A DNA stretch of 64,000 nt. It comes from Azolla caroliniana (Eukaryota; Plantae; Polypodiophyta). Each line of letters begins with the position of its first letter. The stretch's first letter is position 1. The notes under the pieces were generated by a model. The model ran no database searches, was not told the DNA's origin, and was given only the letters and a program-made list of their open reading frames with translations. Below are positions 1 through 12,148 of the stretch, piece by piece. The stretch spans positions 3,596,001-3,660,000 of the forward strand of contig JBHGNT010000018.1 of assembly GCA_043228905.1 (NCBI GenBank). The letters are read 5' to 3'. The translations under genes and the position numbers were made by a program.

Positions 1-424
1 AAATAGGTCTTACTATATAAAGAAAATTCTGCATTGGATCGTGATGCAAATTGGAAAGCATTTCAATATCAAATATATTTCATATATCCATGCTATATAT
101 ATAGCCCAAAGTTCAATAGCTGCAGGTTAGAGTTATCGTCCAACTTCAAATGTAGATCAATGCCCTACTGAAGTAGACCAACATCAAATCACTCATTCCA
201 GCTTTTCCATAGTTCACTCAACTTTCCAAAATTCTTTGGGCGTTGAACCCGTGGATCTTGGCTATATCAAAGTACTCATTCACACTTTTTTATTGGAGAA
301 GTTTAGTTAGTTCCAATTTATATTTCATGCACAAATGAACCTATGTAGCTATAGTTACCAAGAAAATTACATAAATACTGGATCTAATTTCATTGTCATC
401 AAAGTCTATGAGAATTTCTCTAAA

Positions 425-850
425 TTTATGTTTATATTGTAGCAATAGTTGCATTCTTATTATGTGCATTTGTGAATAGTTGTTTCTAGTGACGAATATA
501 TAATTTTTGATATTCAGATTTCTGCATTCTTATTATGTGCATTCTGTGGTTTGATATTCAGATTTCTGCGTTTAATTTAAAATAATATTACAATTCATGT
601 TTATATTGTAGAAATTTTTGCATTCTTGTTATATGCATTTGCCCATAGTTGTTTCTAGCAAGGAGTGTATAATTTTTTATTATGTGCCTACTCAGTGCTG
701 GATACTATTGGTACAGCCTTTTATGGAGGTTATTGTGTATGCATTTACTGCGGCATGGTGCTACATTTTGTAGTCACTTCTGAAGCTTCTTACATTATTC
801 TTCTGTGGTTTGATATTCAGGTTTCTACTTGTAGTGTAAAATAATATCAC
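425..850. repeat. Degenerate intronic tandem duplication (~170-bp unit plus partial copies)
   Basis: ATGTTTATATTGTAG..TGCATTCTT..TGCATTTG..ATAGTTGTTTCTAG occurs at ~428 and ~597. TTCTGTGGTTTGATATTCAG..TAAAATAATAT occurs at ~542 and ~801. Confidence 0.6.
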
Positions 851-978
851 TAAGAAATGATTTGCATACAAGCCATGATGTTTTTTCCCCAGAAATTTGT
901 CAAGATGTTTCCCATGATTTTTTATGTGGAGCTGTGGTTTCAGATCCAATGATATTGCTGGTTGGCTTACCTTTGTAG

Positions 979-3337
979 GCAGTAAATGACATATGTGTTA
1001 TACCATGGGCAAACAAAGGTGTGTCATGTGATGGGACAATTCACATGTGGGACACTCGCACAGGAGATCGTGTTGTCCTTTTTTCGGAGTACAATAATCA
1101 AAGTTCATCTCAATTGTTTGGGTCATCCTTAGTTGAGACCAATAGACTGCAAAGCTCTGTTAGTATAGGGACAGCAGGAACTGCCCTCTCAAGCGGTATG
1201 CTGTCTACAGGTCTTCATGGGAATCAGTACACATGTATGCACATGATGGAATGTGAGGAGACACTTGTAGCTGGGACTGGTAATGGATACGTAAGGTATT
1301 GCAAATAATTAATGATTTATTGTATTGTTGCTGAAGGCATTACAAATCGTTAAAATATATGCCAGGTTTTTTGACTTACCATCAGGTCGTTCCCTTCACC
1401 TTTGGCAATGTGATTTAGAACTATCTGGGTCTTCGTTGGTCTCTGCCATAGCTTCTTCTGGAAGTAATCATCACATCAATGAACGTACTAATGCTTCTTC
1501 TTGGATATCAATGGGCTTTGGCCTAGGTCAATGTAGACTGCTGGACTTGAGATCTGGAAACTTTGTTTCCTCTTGGAAAGCACATGATAACTTCATTACT
1601 AAGGTTGGATTTTTATCTCGTATGTTTATTTCAGTGGATGAATTTTCAAGCTGATGTAATGACTATTGTTCTTCAAATATGACAGTTGTCCGCCTTTGAC
1701 GATCATTACTTGATTTCTAGTTCTTTGGATAAAACTATATGCATATGGGATGTCCGGAGGTATAAAGTTAACTTGTCCTTTTTCTACTGTGCATAAATAA
1801 GAATTTTAATGTACATGGAGAACTTGTGCTAAAGAGGATGGGTTGTCATGATAAATTATTTCACTTTCAAACTTAGCATAGAGAAGATTAATGGAAACAT
1901 ACATTACGGTTGGGATCTCATGAGCTATATGGACTTTCTGGGAGCTTATCTGCTCATTGTTCTTGATACACTATGCACCTATATAAAGCAATTAATGATG
2001 AAATAGTAAGAGTGGATGATAAAGATAGATAACCATCTGGCTTATTAAGATACTCTTAGATCTGAAAATACATGTTTCGATACTGATGGCGTTACAAGAT
2101 TTACTTCGAAGCAAAGATCGCTAATATCTTCTGCTGGAGCCAAAGATTTAGTTTACATTGGATGATTGTGACATTGGATCCTCTCATATGGTCTAGATAT
2201 TCTTTCTAACTGTGTCAATTTCAAGGATTTGATTCTGTAAAATAAATTCTCAGACAGATAAGCAATAAATAAAGCAAAGTTCTGGATGTGGAGGTTGATT
2301 TAGGTATTCATAGAAATTTAGTGGGAAATTTTGAAAAGCTGCAAAAACAGGGCAAGAATAAGAGATAAGGATTTTCTTGTGGTTAAAATTTTCTCATATT
2401 ACTATTTTCTTCTGATGGTTGTCTGCTTCAAAGAGGAAAGTGTTGATAAATCAAGAAAAAAAATGAACATTGGCTGACAATAAGATAATTAATTTTGGGG
2501 AAAGTGGATTTGTCATATGCATTTTGCCCAAACCATTTAACTTCATTTGTGTAGATCATTTTTTTTGTTTAGCACTGAAGACTAAATTCAGATTGTTTCA
2601 CTGCACTTTTGTAGACCTCATTACATTTCTTCCAGTAAATGTAATGTCACGTTCTAGTAAAGAAGTTCAAAACAATCCATTCAGAGGTCATTGCTAAACT
2701 GGTATAGTTGCAGTGAAGATGATTGCTAGTTGATTACAATCTTTGAAGCGCGATAATCGAGCCTTATAGCTACATGATTATATTCTTATGGAAACTTCCT
2801 TTTGGTGATCAGACGTGTATACATTTCTCTCTCTAAACATCTGTTAGATTAATGATTTGATACAGTGGGACATCCAGTGCTAGAGCCTAGAAAACTTTTG
2901 GATTTGATGCTCACCATCTAATACAAAATTCTGATGATTATATATTTCAGGACTGCACCAGTGCAAGTTCGTGCCTTTCAAGGCCATCATAATGGGGTGT
3001 CAAGTTTTGTTATATATAGCAAAAACCTTCTCTCGGCAGGAGGGAATAGAATCGGTCTATCAAGTCTCTCTCAGCCTCTGATTCAGGTGATTCTCTCTCA
3101 CATAGACACATTAATGTTAGCAAATGAAGTGGATTGTATTTTCGGTTTGATTGTTTTCATGCACTTTCAACTCTTTTTTTACAGGGACAAAATTTGCAGA
3201 GCATCAACTGCCATAAACTTTTCTCAACAGATTTATCAAACCTGAACCTCTCCAGCATTACGGCGATCAATGTGCTTCCCTTCTCCAGGTTTTTCGTTGT
3301 TGCAACTGATGATGGTTTTCTGAGGGTGTGCAGATGA
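979..3337 (+). CDS. GFS12: 3' end (WD40 repeats) of a GFS12/BCHD-like BEACH-domain protein. Exons 979-1295, 1366-1603, 1686-1759, 2951-3086, 3185-3337; the 5' part lies outside the window
   Basis: All introns are GT..AG and phase-compatible. The spliced peptide SCDGTIHMW..LSSGMLS..YTCMH..GTGNGYVRFFDL..SWISMGFGLGQCRLLDLR..SWKAHDNFITKL..SSSLDKTICIWDVR..GHHNGVSSF..INVLPFSRFFVVATDDGFLRVCR* matches the Arabidopsis GFS12 C-terminus as I recall it. Confidence 0.85.
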
Positions 3338-4330
3338 GGATTGAATGAAGTATAGAAGCAAATAGTCTGGAGTGTTCCTAAAATCAAGAGACAGCAGCAC
3401 TGCATTTTGATGGAAGCCACTCATGAACTTCCAGGTTGTGATATCATAAGAACCTGACTCTCTTATGAAGCAAAATTTTCTGTATGTCAGAACAACAAAT
3501 AGTTTTCACGAAATGTGATGTTTTGCTCATAAACTTCATTTGATTTGGTTTGTTGGTCTGAACCAGCACCAATTAGCCCTTCGATTGTGTTAATCAAGAA
3601 TGTTATGGAAATTCATCCAATAGTTGAGTTTAAACATATGTCAAGCCAGAGTTGTATTTGTTTCTGCTAGCTTAAGATCACCATGAGCTTACATGCTCTT
3701 TTATATCTCTCAATTTTACTTGTACTTCAACATTGTTTATAGCATTTATTCATTCCCTGTTTCTTCCGTTGTATGTTTGTGCAATATTCTGTTTCCTTAT
3801 CAAAGTTGCTCAGTTTATGCATTTTTAATGTGGTGCAAATGTCATCAACTAGTGCAAATGGATCAATTGCTGAATCAATGCCACAATCACAAGGGTTTTT
3901 GGAGGGCATGTTGGATGGAATGTTGTGAAAACTGTAGATCCAGAGTAATTGATCTGAGTCCCTCCATACGTGCGAGTGTATTGAAGGGGAAACACAATCA
4001 TCGAGGGGATGGCCAATTTGTGCTTATGTTGATTCAATGCGTGTAAAAGAGATATCAAAGTCCAAGGTGAATTCTTTGGAATTAATATGAGATGGAAATG
4101 AAACCAGTATCCAATACCATGATAATCAATTCATTGTTGAGAATATGGTGATGGCAGAGATCTTTATCATGTGGATAATGCATTCATTGAACCAGATGGT
4201 TGGTGTCAAATTGGAGATAATGTCTGAAGAAGAGTTGGCGCAAAGATGTATTTGAGTGTTCCCTTCAATTGCTTTGTAACGAATTGAGTGATTAATCTTT
4301 GGGATCCCTTAATTTTTCAAAGTTATTGGA

Positions 4331-5449
4331 GAAAGAAAGATATATTAATATCTTTTAAGGCCAAATTTGGCCCATGAGACAATTGGTTACACCAAAGTGG
4401 GATGTGTACCGAATCATCGAAAACAAAAATACAATAAACATAGATAAAAGAGTTTTAGTATTGTACAAAAGATGTTATGATATTTACTATTCTATAAAGG
4501 AAATGGTTGTGTTAGGCCTAGTTTCATTTCCATCCAAGTCTCTCAAAAAGGAGCGTGAGGTCATAGTGTTTCGATGTGAGTGTGGCTTGCGGTCCCAATG
4601 TAAAAGGTATCTCAACCATAACTTGTAGGGAGTGTAACTCATGTTCCCTTATCTTCTTAATTTCTTTTGCACAATGAATGACTTTGAGGCTTGGTAATTG
4701 GGAGCATTTGGTTGTTCTTTGGTTTTCTGCTTCAATGAGGGAGAGGTCGAGTGGTGTAGGTGTGTCCACGCTCATCGTCCCCTCTTGTCCCTCAAAAATT
4801 TCATTGGTTACATGTTGGTGAATATTAGAAAGGTTATGGTTAACATTTTTTAACTTATTCTCTCTATGTTGTTTTAGCTCTAAGATATATCCACCTAGTG
4901 TCTTTATATCTAGGTCGTCTAATAGTTTGGAGAGGGTCTAGTATGTCTTGGTATTTTGTCCTTATCTCGACGTAAGCTAGATACTTTCATGTAAAGTGAT
5001 ACTCATCCTTTATCCCTATGTGACATAATCTACATATCCTTTCTTGTATGGGGACTTCATTAGCACAATCATTCTCAATCTCAACTTGGTGAAATGATAC
5101 TCTAAGTTGTCCGATGGCAATCCTTATTGCATTTGGTAAGAACGTATGTAGATATTTTGGTCGTATAATAAAACCTAACTTAAGGAAGTGCATGAAGCGT
5201 CTTTATAATACAACATTTTAGATGTGAGTGGCTTTAGTGGGTTGATCCATTTATGTCAAGTGCAAATTTGCCGTATTTCTTGGCATATTACATTATTATT
5301 GGCTTCATGGGAGATTAAAGTTTTATTAGTCTCGTTGTTGTACTTAAGAAGGTAGGTTATAAATGTCTAGGTTATTTGAAAATAGCCAACTTACCACATT
5401 GTTATACGTAGAGCTAGTATCGTTGGACTAACAAAGTGATTGAAAAGCC
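4331..5449 (-). mobile_element. Degraded, 5'-truncated copy of the RTEX-type LINE at 47812-52322
   Basis: Collinear with ~47860-48995. Peptides IGQLRVSFHQVEIEN..ERICRLCHIGIKDEYHFT and LLFERLGWK* are shared. The 3' UTR block TAAGGCCAAATTTGGCCCATGAGACAATTGGTT is identical. Confidence 0.88.
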
Positions 5450-5971
5450 GAAGAAAGCCGAAGGTCGGACGGAATCCGACGAAAGCCAAAGCGAACGTCA
5501 GACACCTCACACTTGAGCTTGAGGGGGCGTGTTGAGATATCAAGCTCAACTAGATTTAGTTAATAGTTACCTAGATAGAATCTAGTTAGTGTGTTGACCT
5601 TAAAACCTTAAAAAGGATTTTGTACTTGAGTGGGGTACCTTGTAGATCCACCACTCCCATGTTCATTTAATATAGGACTTACACCTTTGTACCTATATTC
5701 CACTCACACATGTGCACCTTTGCACATGAGATGTATATATACCTCATTGTGGGTATTTCTGTATTTGATCATGCTAATTAATATAGAGGAAAGGTCTTTA
5801 GCTACATTCTTGTTAATCATCCCCCATTTACATTATTGTTCATAAGTGTATCTTTCTCTCTCTCTTCCTCTCACTCTTATTAGAGATAGCTAGGCTAAAA
5901 TCATTTACCCCATAATTAGTCACTATTATTAGTTAGTCATTATGTTTGTACTATAGGGTGTACTTAATACA
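5450..5971 (+). mobile_element. Copia 3' remnant: GC-rich spacer, PPT (GAGGGGGCG, 5521-5529) and LTR 5530-~5971
   Basis: ACTTGAGCTTGAGGGGGCGTGTTGAGA(T)ATCAAGCTCAAC is near-identical to the PPT/3' LTR junction of the Copia at 12149-17614 read on its own strand. The putative LTR ends in ..TAATACA. Confidence 0.6.
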
Positions 5972-6499
5972 ATGTCAAGAGATCGGAACTAAATGAAGCT
6001 TCCACCATGTAATTTGTGAGCATTTGGCTCGTTCTTTCTCCAGTTTCTCCCAAGAAGCACTTTCTTCTATGTAATCATTGCACTCTAATTAATTGTGATA
6101 ACTATGTTCCTCCGACACAAAGTTAACCTTAAGAAGACTTTCCCTTTTCCATGGTTACAAATAGTTGAGAGACAAGTGCGTTCAGTCTTAAGCTTGTCAT
6201 AAGTCTTTGGCATTAGGAACTGATGCCTCAAATCTTGCAACTAACTTTTCATGAGGAAGATAACCCCTCAAAACAATTGGAAATGCAAATAGCGTAAGTG
6301 CCAAGTTTGTTCCTTTGAGGAAACACAATATTTCAATACTCAAGATAGTGGAACGAAGTACTAGGATGATACACTTTTAGTTTCTTGGATCCAATACAAG
6401 ACGCCATTTCCAAACCATGTGAATATTCCCAAGGAAAATGGCATGGATTTGTGGAGAGGAAAGGCAAATTGTATAATTTGATTGCGTAAGTCATGAAAA

Positions 6500-6850
6500 C
6501 GCATATGGATATTGGACATGAATTGTTGTCATCAACTGTTCAGACACTTGAGCTTCTCAATGTTGTGGGCGATGCAAACACATTACCTAAATTGATGTGT
6601 TTGAGGCTTGCACAATGGAGAAACAAGATAAAAAATCCTTTCAAGAAGTTAAGAGAATGAAGTCTCATCCAAGTGAAAGCTCTTGTTGTAAGAGCATCCT
6701 TACCTATTGGAGCCTATTTACTTTCAAAAATTGCTCTTGTACATTTGTAGATGTTAGGAATAAAAGTTTTTATCTAGGGATTCTACTTGTATGTACCAAC
6801 AAAATTTACCATATCGATTTAAAGTGGCTCAACTTTTTGACCCGCTAATG
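6500..6850 (+). mobile_element. Highly decayed Copia gag-pre-integrase/integrase remnant
   Basis: The frame-broken peptide LCHQLFRHLS...EACTMEKQDKKSF resembles the LWH.R.GH...CE.C..GKQ.R..F motif. Confidence 0.35.
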
Positions 6851-6932
6851 AGTTTTACATTTGAGGGATTTGTTGTCTTCCATATGAAATTTATGTTTCC
6901 TCAACTGTTGGCTAAGATACTTTGAGTATTCT

Positions 6933-7436
6933 AGGTGCAAGGAGACTTTCTCAGGTAAGAAAACCCCACTAGCTGAGAGTTTAATGATGATTTGGTTTAA
7001 TCTTATTTCTACGTTACGAGAGTTTGAAAGCCTTCAAGGGCCCTCGGACGTGAGTGAAGAAGCTAGAGCTCGGTTCCTTCTGAAATGGAGAGGTTCTCCG
7101 ATGTTGCAGATGGTGGATGGCGAAGCGAAGTGGAATTATCAACCACCACGGTGGTTGTTCCCTTCGAGTGTACCTAACATATAGATGGGTGTTGCCATGA
7201 GAAGAGATTGGAGGATGTCTATGCTGAATTCAGGTTGTATGAGGCTCACATGGAGGGTATGCGGTTGAGTAATGCTATGCTCATCGGATGATGTGGTGTT
7301 TTGGAGTTTTTTTGTTGTTTCCTTTACACAAGTTGTTTTCTTTTCACCATGCAAGTTGGCCTGTAAGATATGAGTTGTATATTATCTTATGTACATTGCC
7401 TTAACTAATGGAAGTAGTTTTTTTTTGGAAAAATAA
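6933..7436 (+). mobile_element. 5'-truncated copy of the L1-type LINE (3' end only)
   Basis: Collinear with ~21822-22305 (ESLMMIWFNLISTL..LQMVDG.AKW.Y.PPRWLFP). It ends in a T-tract plus A-tail. The TSD is AAGATACTTTGAGTATTCT (6914-6932) / AAGATGCTCTGAGTATTCT (7437-7455), with 2 mismatches. Confidence 0.9.
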
Positions 7437-8360
7437 AAGATGCTCTGAGTATTCTTATCATTGTGTTCAAGTTTCTCCAATCTATATAGTCCTGGTTTGG
7501 TGTAAGGGTAATCAAAACTTCGGTTTCTTGTACACCTAAACATTTAGTTTAGACTAATGCAAATTTACCTCATGTGATCAATCATCATGTTTATATCTCA
7601 CAAAGTTATATTGTAGGGAGGCTAATGTTTGGGTTAGGAAAACCAATATATCCTTGTTTTGTATGTGTAAGATTTATTTATTGGTTGAATAATTCCTTCA
7701 CTTTTGTTGTTTAAAGTAGGCCTACATCTTTGATCATACTCGTTGTTGTTCATTGAGGTGAGATGCGTAATGTCTTATTTTTTGTTCCTACATTGTTGTT
7801 ATGTACATGGAGGCTGGTATCCTTAACCGTATGCTTGTGGTATGGTGATGGTTGTAGCATTGCATGTAACACACACACACATAAAAGCATTAACCAATGG
7901 GTTATTAATGTATAGATAATTTTGATTGTGTATATAATAGTAAGAGACGGTACCACCTCATAGAGGGTAATGGATGATCACCAAAAGCATGCTTGCATGA
8001 ATGTCAAGTGGTGTTCATGCGTGGATCCCGGTGACGAACATGCATGGGTCCAAGTATGATATATAAATAGATGCAAATTAGTCATTGATAATTTGATCTC
8101 GTTCAATGTTACTCCTTAAGATATTCTTGTTCTTGTTCTCTTCTTATTTCTCTATTCTTTTCTTATTCTCTTCTTTTGTTCTATCTTGTTCTCAATTATT
8201 AAGTATCCGGCACCTGAGACAATGATTTCTTAGATTGCTGCACCAACAAGGGACATTGTGCTCCACTAACTATAGGAAAAGGGGGCTAGAACAAACCAAA
8301 TAGAAAGCAATGTAAGCCAATGGGCAACCTAGTGTGAAAGATTCTCACTTACCTTGTAAA

Positions 8361-9013
8361 TGACGGGAACTACACGCTCCTTATGCACAATGCTCGGCCT
8401 CAACCGAGCTTAGAATCATACACAGAAAACGGGAATGAATGCACGACACAGTGAAGAGAAGAGTACACATGATGTTTACGTGGAAAAACCCAAACTCGGG
8501 AAAAACCACGGCAGCCCACAGACCGCAAACTATCACTATATCAGAATGTACAATAGGAAAGTATCAAGGTCACAACCTCGAGCTTGCTATCTTCGCCACA
8601 GGCGGCGGTTACAACAGAGGCAACGACCTCTTCCTCTCTCTCACTCTCTCTGTACACTGTTACGCGCTCTAATCTTGCGCAAACAAGAATGACAACCACA
8701 CCTAAATAAGTTTGCCCTAAGTCATATTTATACTAATATGACTTTTCGGCTATTTACAAATATAGCCTCGATGGACTCTCAGAAACATATTTACGAATAT
8801 GTCTCTTCATCCGGTGAGCACTCCTCACCGGGCCTACATCCTCCGGCGCTTGCCGGGTACTCGTCATCCGGTTCTCACCGGATCTGCACCATCCGGCTCT
8901 CCGTAGCCGGGTACTCGTCATCCAGTTTCGGTCGAGGCCTATCGGCCTTGGCCGAGTTTGCTCATCAACATTGTTCTTCTCCCTTCCCATTCGGAGGAAC
9001 CTGTCTCCCAATA
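8361..9013 (-). mobile_element. Solo LTR of a Copia family related to the element at 57026-62487
   Basis: 5-bp TSD GTAAA (8356-8360 / 9014-9018) with TG..(C>T)A ends. The reverse complement resembles LTR 57026-57697 (GGGA..CCTCCG.ATGGGA, CTGTGGCGAAGA, CCGTGGTTTTTCCC..GGGTTTTTCCACG, GGCCGAGCA). Confidence 0.85.
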
Positions 9014-10741
9014 GTAAAAAGCTATAAAAGCCACCGTTTGGTGACTTTTGTAGCTCTTCTCTAACCTTAGATTTTCCCCTTTGAATTAATGCATTACAAC
9101 TCCTATTCTGTCTCCCTATCCTTCATTAGAGTTAAGAGAGATTTGGGTTAATAGCTAAGAATGCCAAACCTTAATCTCCTCCTCTTATATGGTGCTAAAC
9201 CTCTTTGTAATAAGAAGTGGTGTTCATTAATTTATCTTCGGTGTCCTTTTATTCTTGTTTATGTGTGTGAGAGAGTAAAACGAGAGTGAGAGAGATTAAG
9301 TGCTAATCGACAATGAAAAGTAAACTAGTAGTAGGTGCTTGATAAGCACTTTGCCCAGTTTGCCACCAAAAGGGTATATGTCGGTCCGAACTGTAGGCTA
9401 ACGACGTCATTGATCCATAGACATGCTTCCGTGAGGTGCACGAAAACAATACAGCAGCTACGACCTTGACAACATGCTTGTCCCATGTATGTAAAGTATG
9501 GATAAACCACTCAACAAGCTTTGACTTTGTGCAACCTCCTTTTTATTTGAAACATGAGCATCACTTATGTAACTCTATGTTTCTTGATATTACGAAAATA
9601 TTGGGGGAGATGCGATGGCGAGATGCAGGTGCAGAGCATGGCGGGAAGAGGAAGTGGCGAGCAGGAGCAGGAACGCGGTGACGAGTGCGCGCGTTCGTTA
9701 GCTCTGCGCCATAGACCAAGTCCTGTTGCAGGAGGAGAGAGCTTCGGTCGCTCGTCGGTGGTTGTCCTGCGTTTATTAGCGGATGTTCTGCTCAGAGGTG
9801 CTGACAGCTAGGGGAAATTGTTTTGAAGAGCTTCATCAAAGAGACGAGGGAGCGACGGAGAAGGGGATGGGGTTGCGGTCTAAGGAGGCGATGGAGGAAA
9901 ATCAGGTGAGAGCAAAAGGGAAAGCTTCCTTCCATCGTCCTCGATGGCCTTCTCTGCCTTTGTGTTGGCCAACCTCTCGTCGAATAGCGCGACCCAAATC
10001 GGGATTGACATTGAAGATAGTGGATAAGGAAAAGTCTTCGGCAACGGGCGGCCGAACGATGGAAAGGCGGCTATTGATGTTGCAAGGCCAAAGCACAGAG
10101 AGCTACAAGAATCTTTAAGAGATGGCGACGGTCAAGCTTCCTCAAGTGGACATAATCAGAATAGGTATGGTTCCTAGCCCTCCTCAAGCTGAAGTATTAG
10201 ATATTGGTATGCCCACTTGTATGCATTCGGGCCCAAAGGACCATACACCATTAGGGGGGGAGTTGAACACGACACTTGCCGAAATGAATAACAAGGAAAT
10301 CATTGACAATGGCATGACGGAAAAGGAGTTTATTGACTTCGATCTAGTCCAAGAGAAGCCGGTGGAAGGGAACATTGATGAAAGAAAAGGAATCGACCTC
10401 TATCTTTCTCTAGCCGAGAATCAGAGGCTAAAGAAGTGGGTAGGTTGCAATGTTCATCATTCATATGTCGGCTGTTAGGAGGACGCCCTAGTAAAGGGTT
10501 GTTAAGAGACATGCTACAAGCAACCCTTTTGGGTAAAATGCCGCCTATCCTAAACATTTTGCGAATGGGCCTTAATTATTACCATGTCATCTTAGAAAAA
10601 GGCCATAATGTGCAAGAAATTCTAGACCACAAATGGATTACGCTCAAGTATGGCAAAGCCATGATTTTGGAATGGAGTCCAGAATTTAATGCAATGGAGG
10701 AGCATAAAAAAGCGGGCACTCCAGTCAGTGGTCATTACCGT

Positions 10742-11947
10742 TGTCGTGAAGATCCGTCACTAGGCGCGGATCGTGAGGCGGAACCGCCGGGGTTCTGGAC
10801 CGGAAGGATCAAAGTTCGCACCAAGCTTAGCGAGAACGTATTTAGGATAGATTGAGAGAGAAAGAGATTAAGATTAAACGCTTGACTTAGATTGAGAAAG
10901 ATAGATATGGCCGAGAGAGAGATATTGAGATTAAGATTTTAACTCTTGATTTTAGATTTTAAGAAACAAGTTACATGATCAATTTGATAACGAATTCTCT
11001 TCTTCTTAATTTTATAACAAAAAAAAAACCCTTCTTCTTTTTCATCCCTTCTTTTATAGATGCTCTCATGCATATGATGCATGTGAGGGTACAAGACATG
11101 CATAAAATGCATGTTTGCCATTTGGCGCTCATTTATTACATGTGGTGCATGATAACCATGTCACTCATTTTAGCTCTCATGTATGAGAATTTACATCTAA
11201 AAGTACAATGATAAAAATATAAATTCAACTAAATGTCATGGCTTAGTGGTAAGCCAATTGACTCTTAACTTGGAGGTGCAAGGTTTGAATCCTTACTTGC
11301 CCTCCTTGTATATGTATATATATATATATTTATATATTTATTTATCTAGTCCCCGGACGTCGGTTCGCCGGATGTCGGTTTCCGGCTAGATGCCGTTGGA
11401 TGTTGTCACCACACCAACGCCGGATGCCGCTAGTTACCGGTGGCCGCCGCCTCGCCGGTTGCCGTTGGATGCCTGTGCACGGCCAGATGCCGTTGCCTCG
11501 CCGGCGTCGGATGCCGATGCTGCTGGATCACCGATCACCGGTTACCGTCCAGTTCTGTTTTGGTTGGCCAAAACCTTTACAAGTAGTGGCTAGGCCACCT
11601 CCACTCTTAGTTTAAGTTACCTTGACCTCTCTATGCTCCACACATGAACACAAAGATAATAACTTTTGTTCTACCTTATATATGGTGAGAGGCTTATTCG
11701 TCCTATCTATGTGGGATATCTCACAATTTTCTCTTTTTCTTTCACAACTTCTTACCCACATAAGTTGACACTTAGATGTCTGTTTCTTATGTAGTAAAGT
11801 GCATCTCTTCAAGATCTTCGTCTTCTGTACTAAGATATTTAAACTTACTTAGAATTAGTATATTCACTATTATTGTTTTATATGATTGACACTTGATTTC
11901 GTATGTCTTATGTGATTTTCACACCATTGCCGAAAATCTTCACGACA
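10742..11947 (-). mobile_element. Gypsy-type solo LTR (1206 bp) inserted in LINE ORF1
   Basis: 12-bp terminal inverted repeats TGTCGTGAAGAT..ATCTTCACGACA and TSD CCGT (10738-10741 / 11948-11951). Excision restores the LINE codons ATT ACC GTA TGC. The 5' end on the minus strand resembles the LTR start at 53007. GC-rich GCCGGATGCCG repeats lie at ~11350-11550. Confidence 0.85.
11235..11301 (+). other. tRNA-like (Lys-CTT-like) relic with Pol III A and B boxes inside the solo LTR; not a functional tRNA
   Basis: A-box TGGCTTAGTGG (11239-11249), anticodon-loop-like CTCTTAA (11262-11268) and B-box GGTTTGAATCC (11282-11292) at tRNA spacing. There is no intact acceptor stem. Confidence 0.5.
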
Positions 11948-12148
11948 CCGTATGCTTCCCAGACCTACCCTTCCAACTCCATCATTTGATCCCAAAGTTG
12001 GCACACAATATTGGGATGGTATGTATAGAGAAACCTTCATTTGCCAATAAGGTTGCCGAAATCCCCAAGCTGAAGGTGTTGGTTAGAGACATAAAAGAAT
12101 TGCCAATAGAGATTAGAGTCCACACGGAGGATTTTGGCCTAAGGGTGG

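Noticed and set aside
3693-4260. ORF-like stretch downstream of GFS12
   Set aside because: No recognisable motif; probably 3' flank or an unidentifiable relic.
7740-8247. Possible additional solo LTR ending CACCAACA
   Set aside because: No convincing start or TSD found.
11235-11301. Functional tRNA-Lys gene
   Set aside because: There is no acceptor stem and the arms are broken; it is kept only as a tRNA-like relic.
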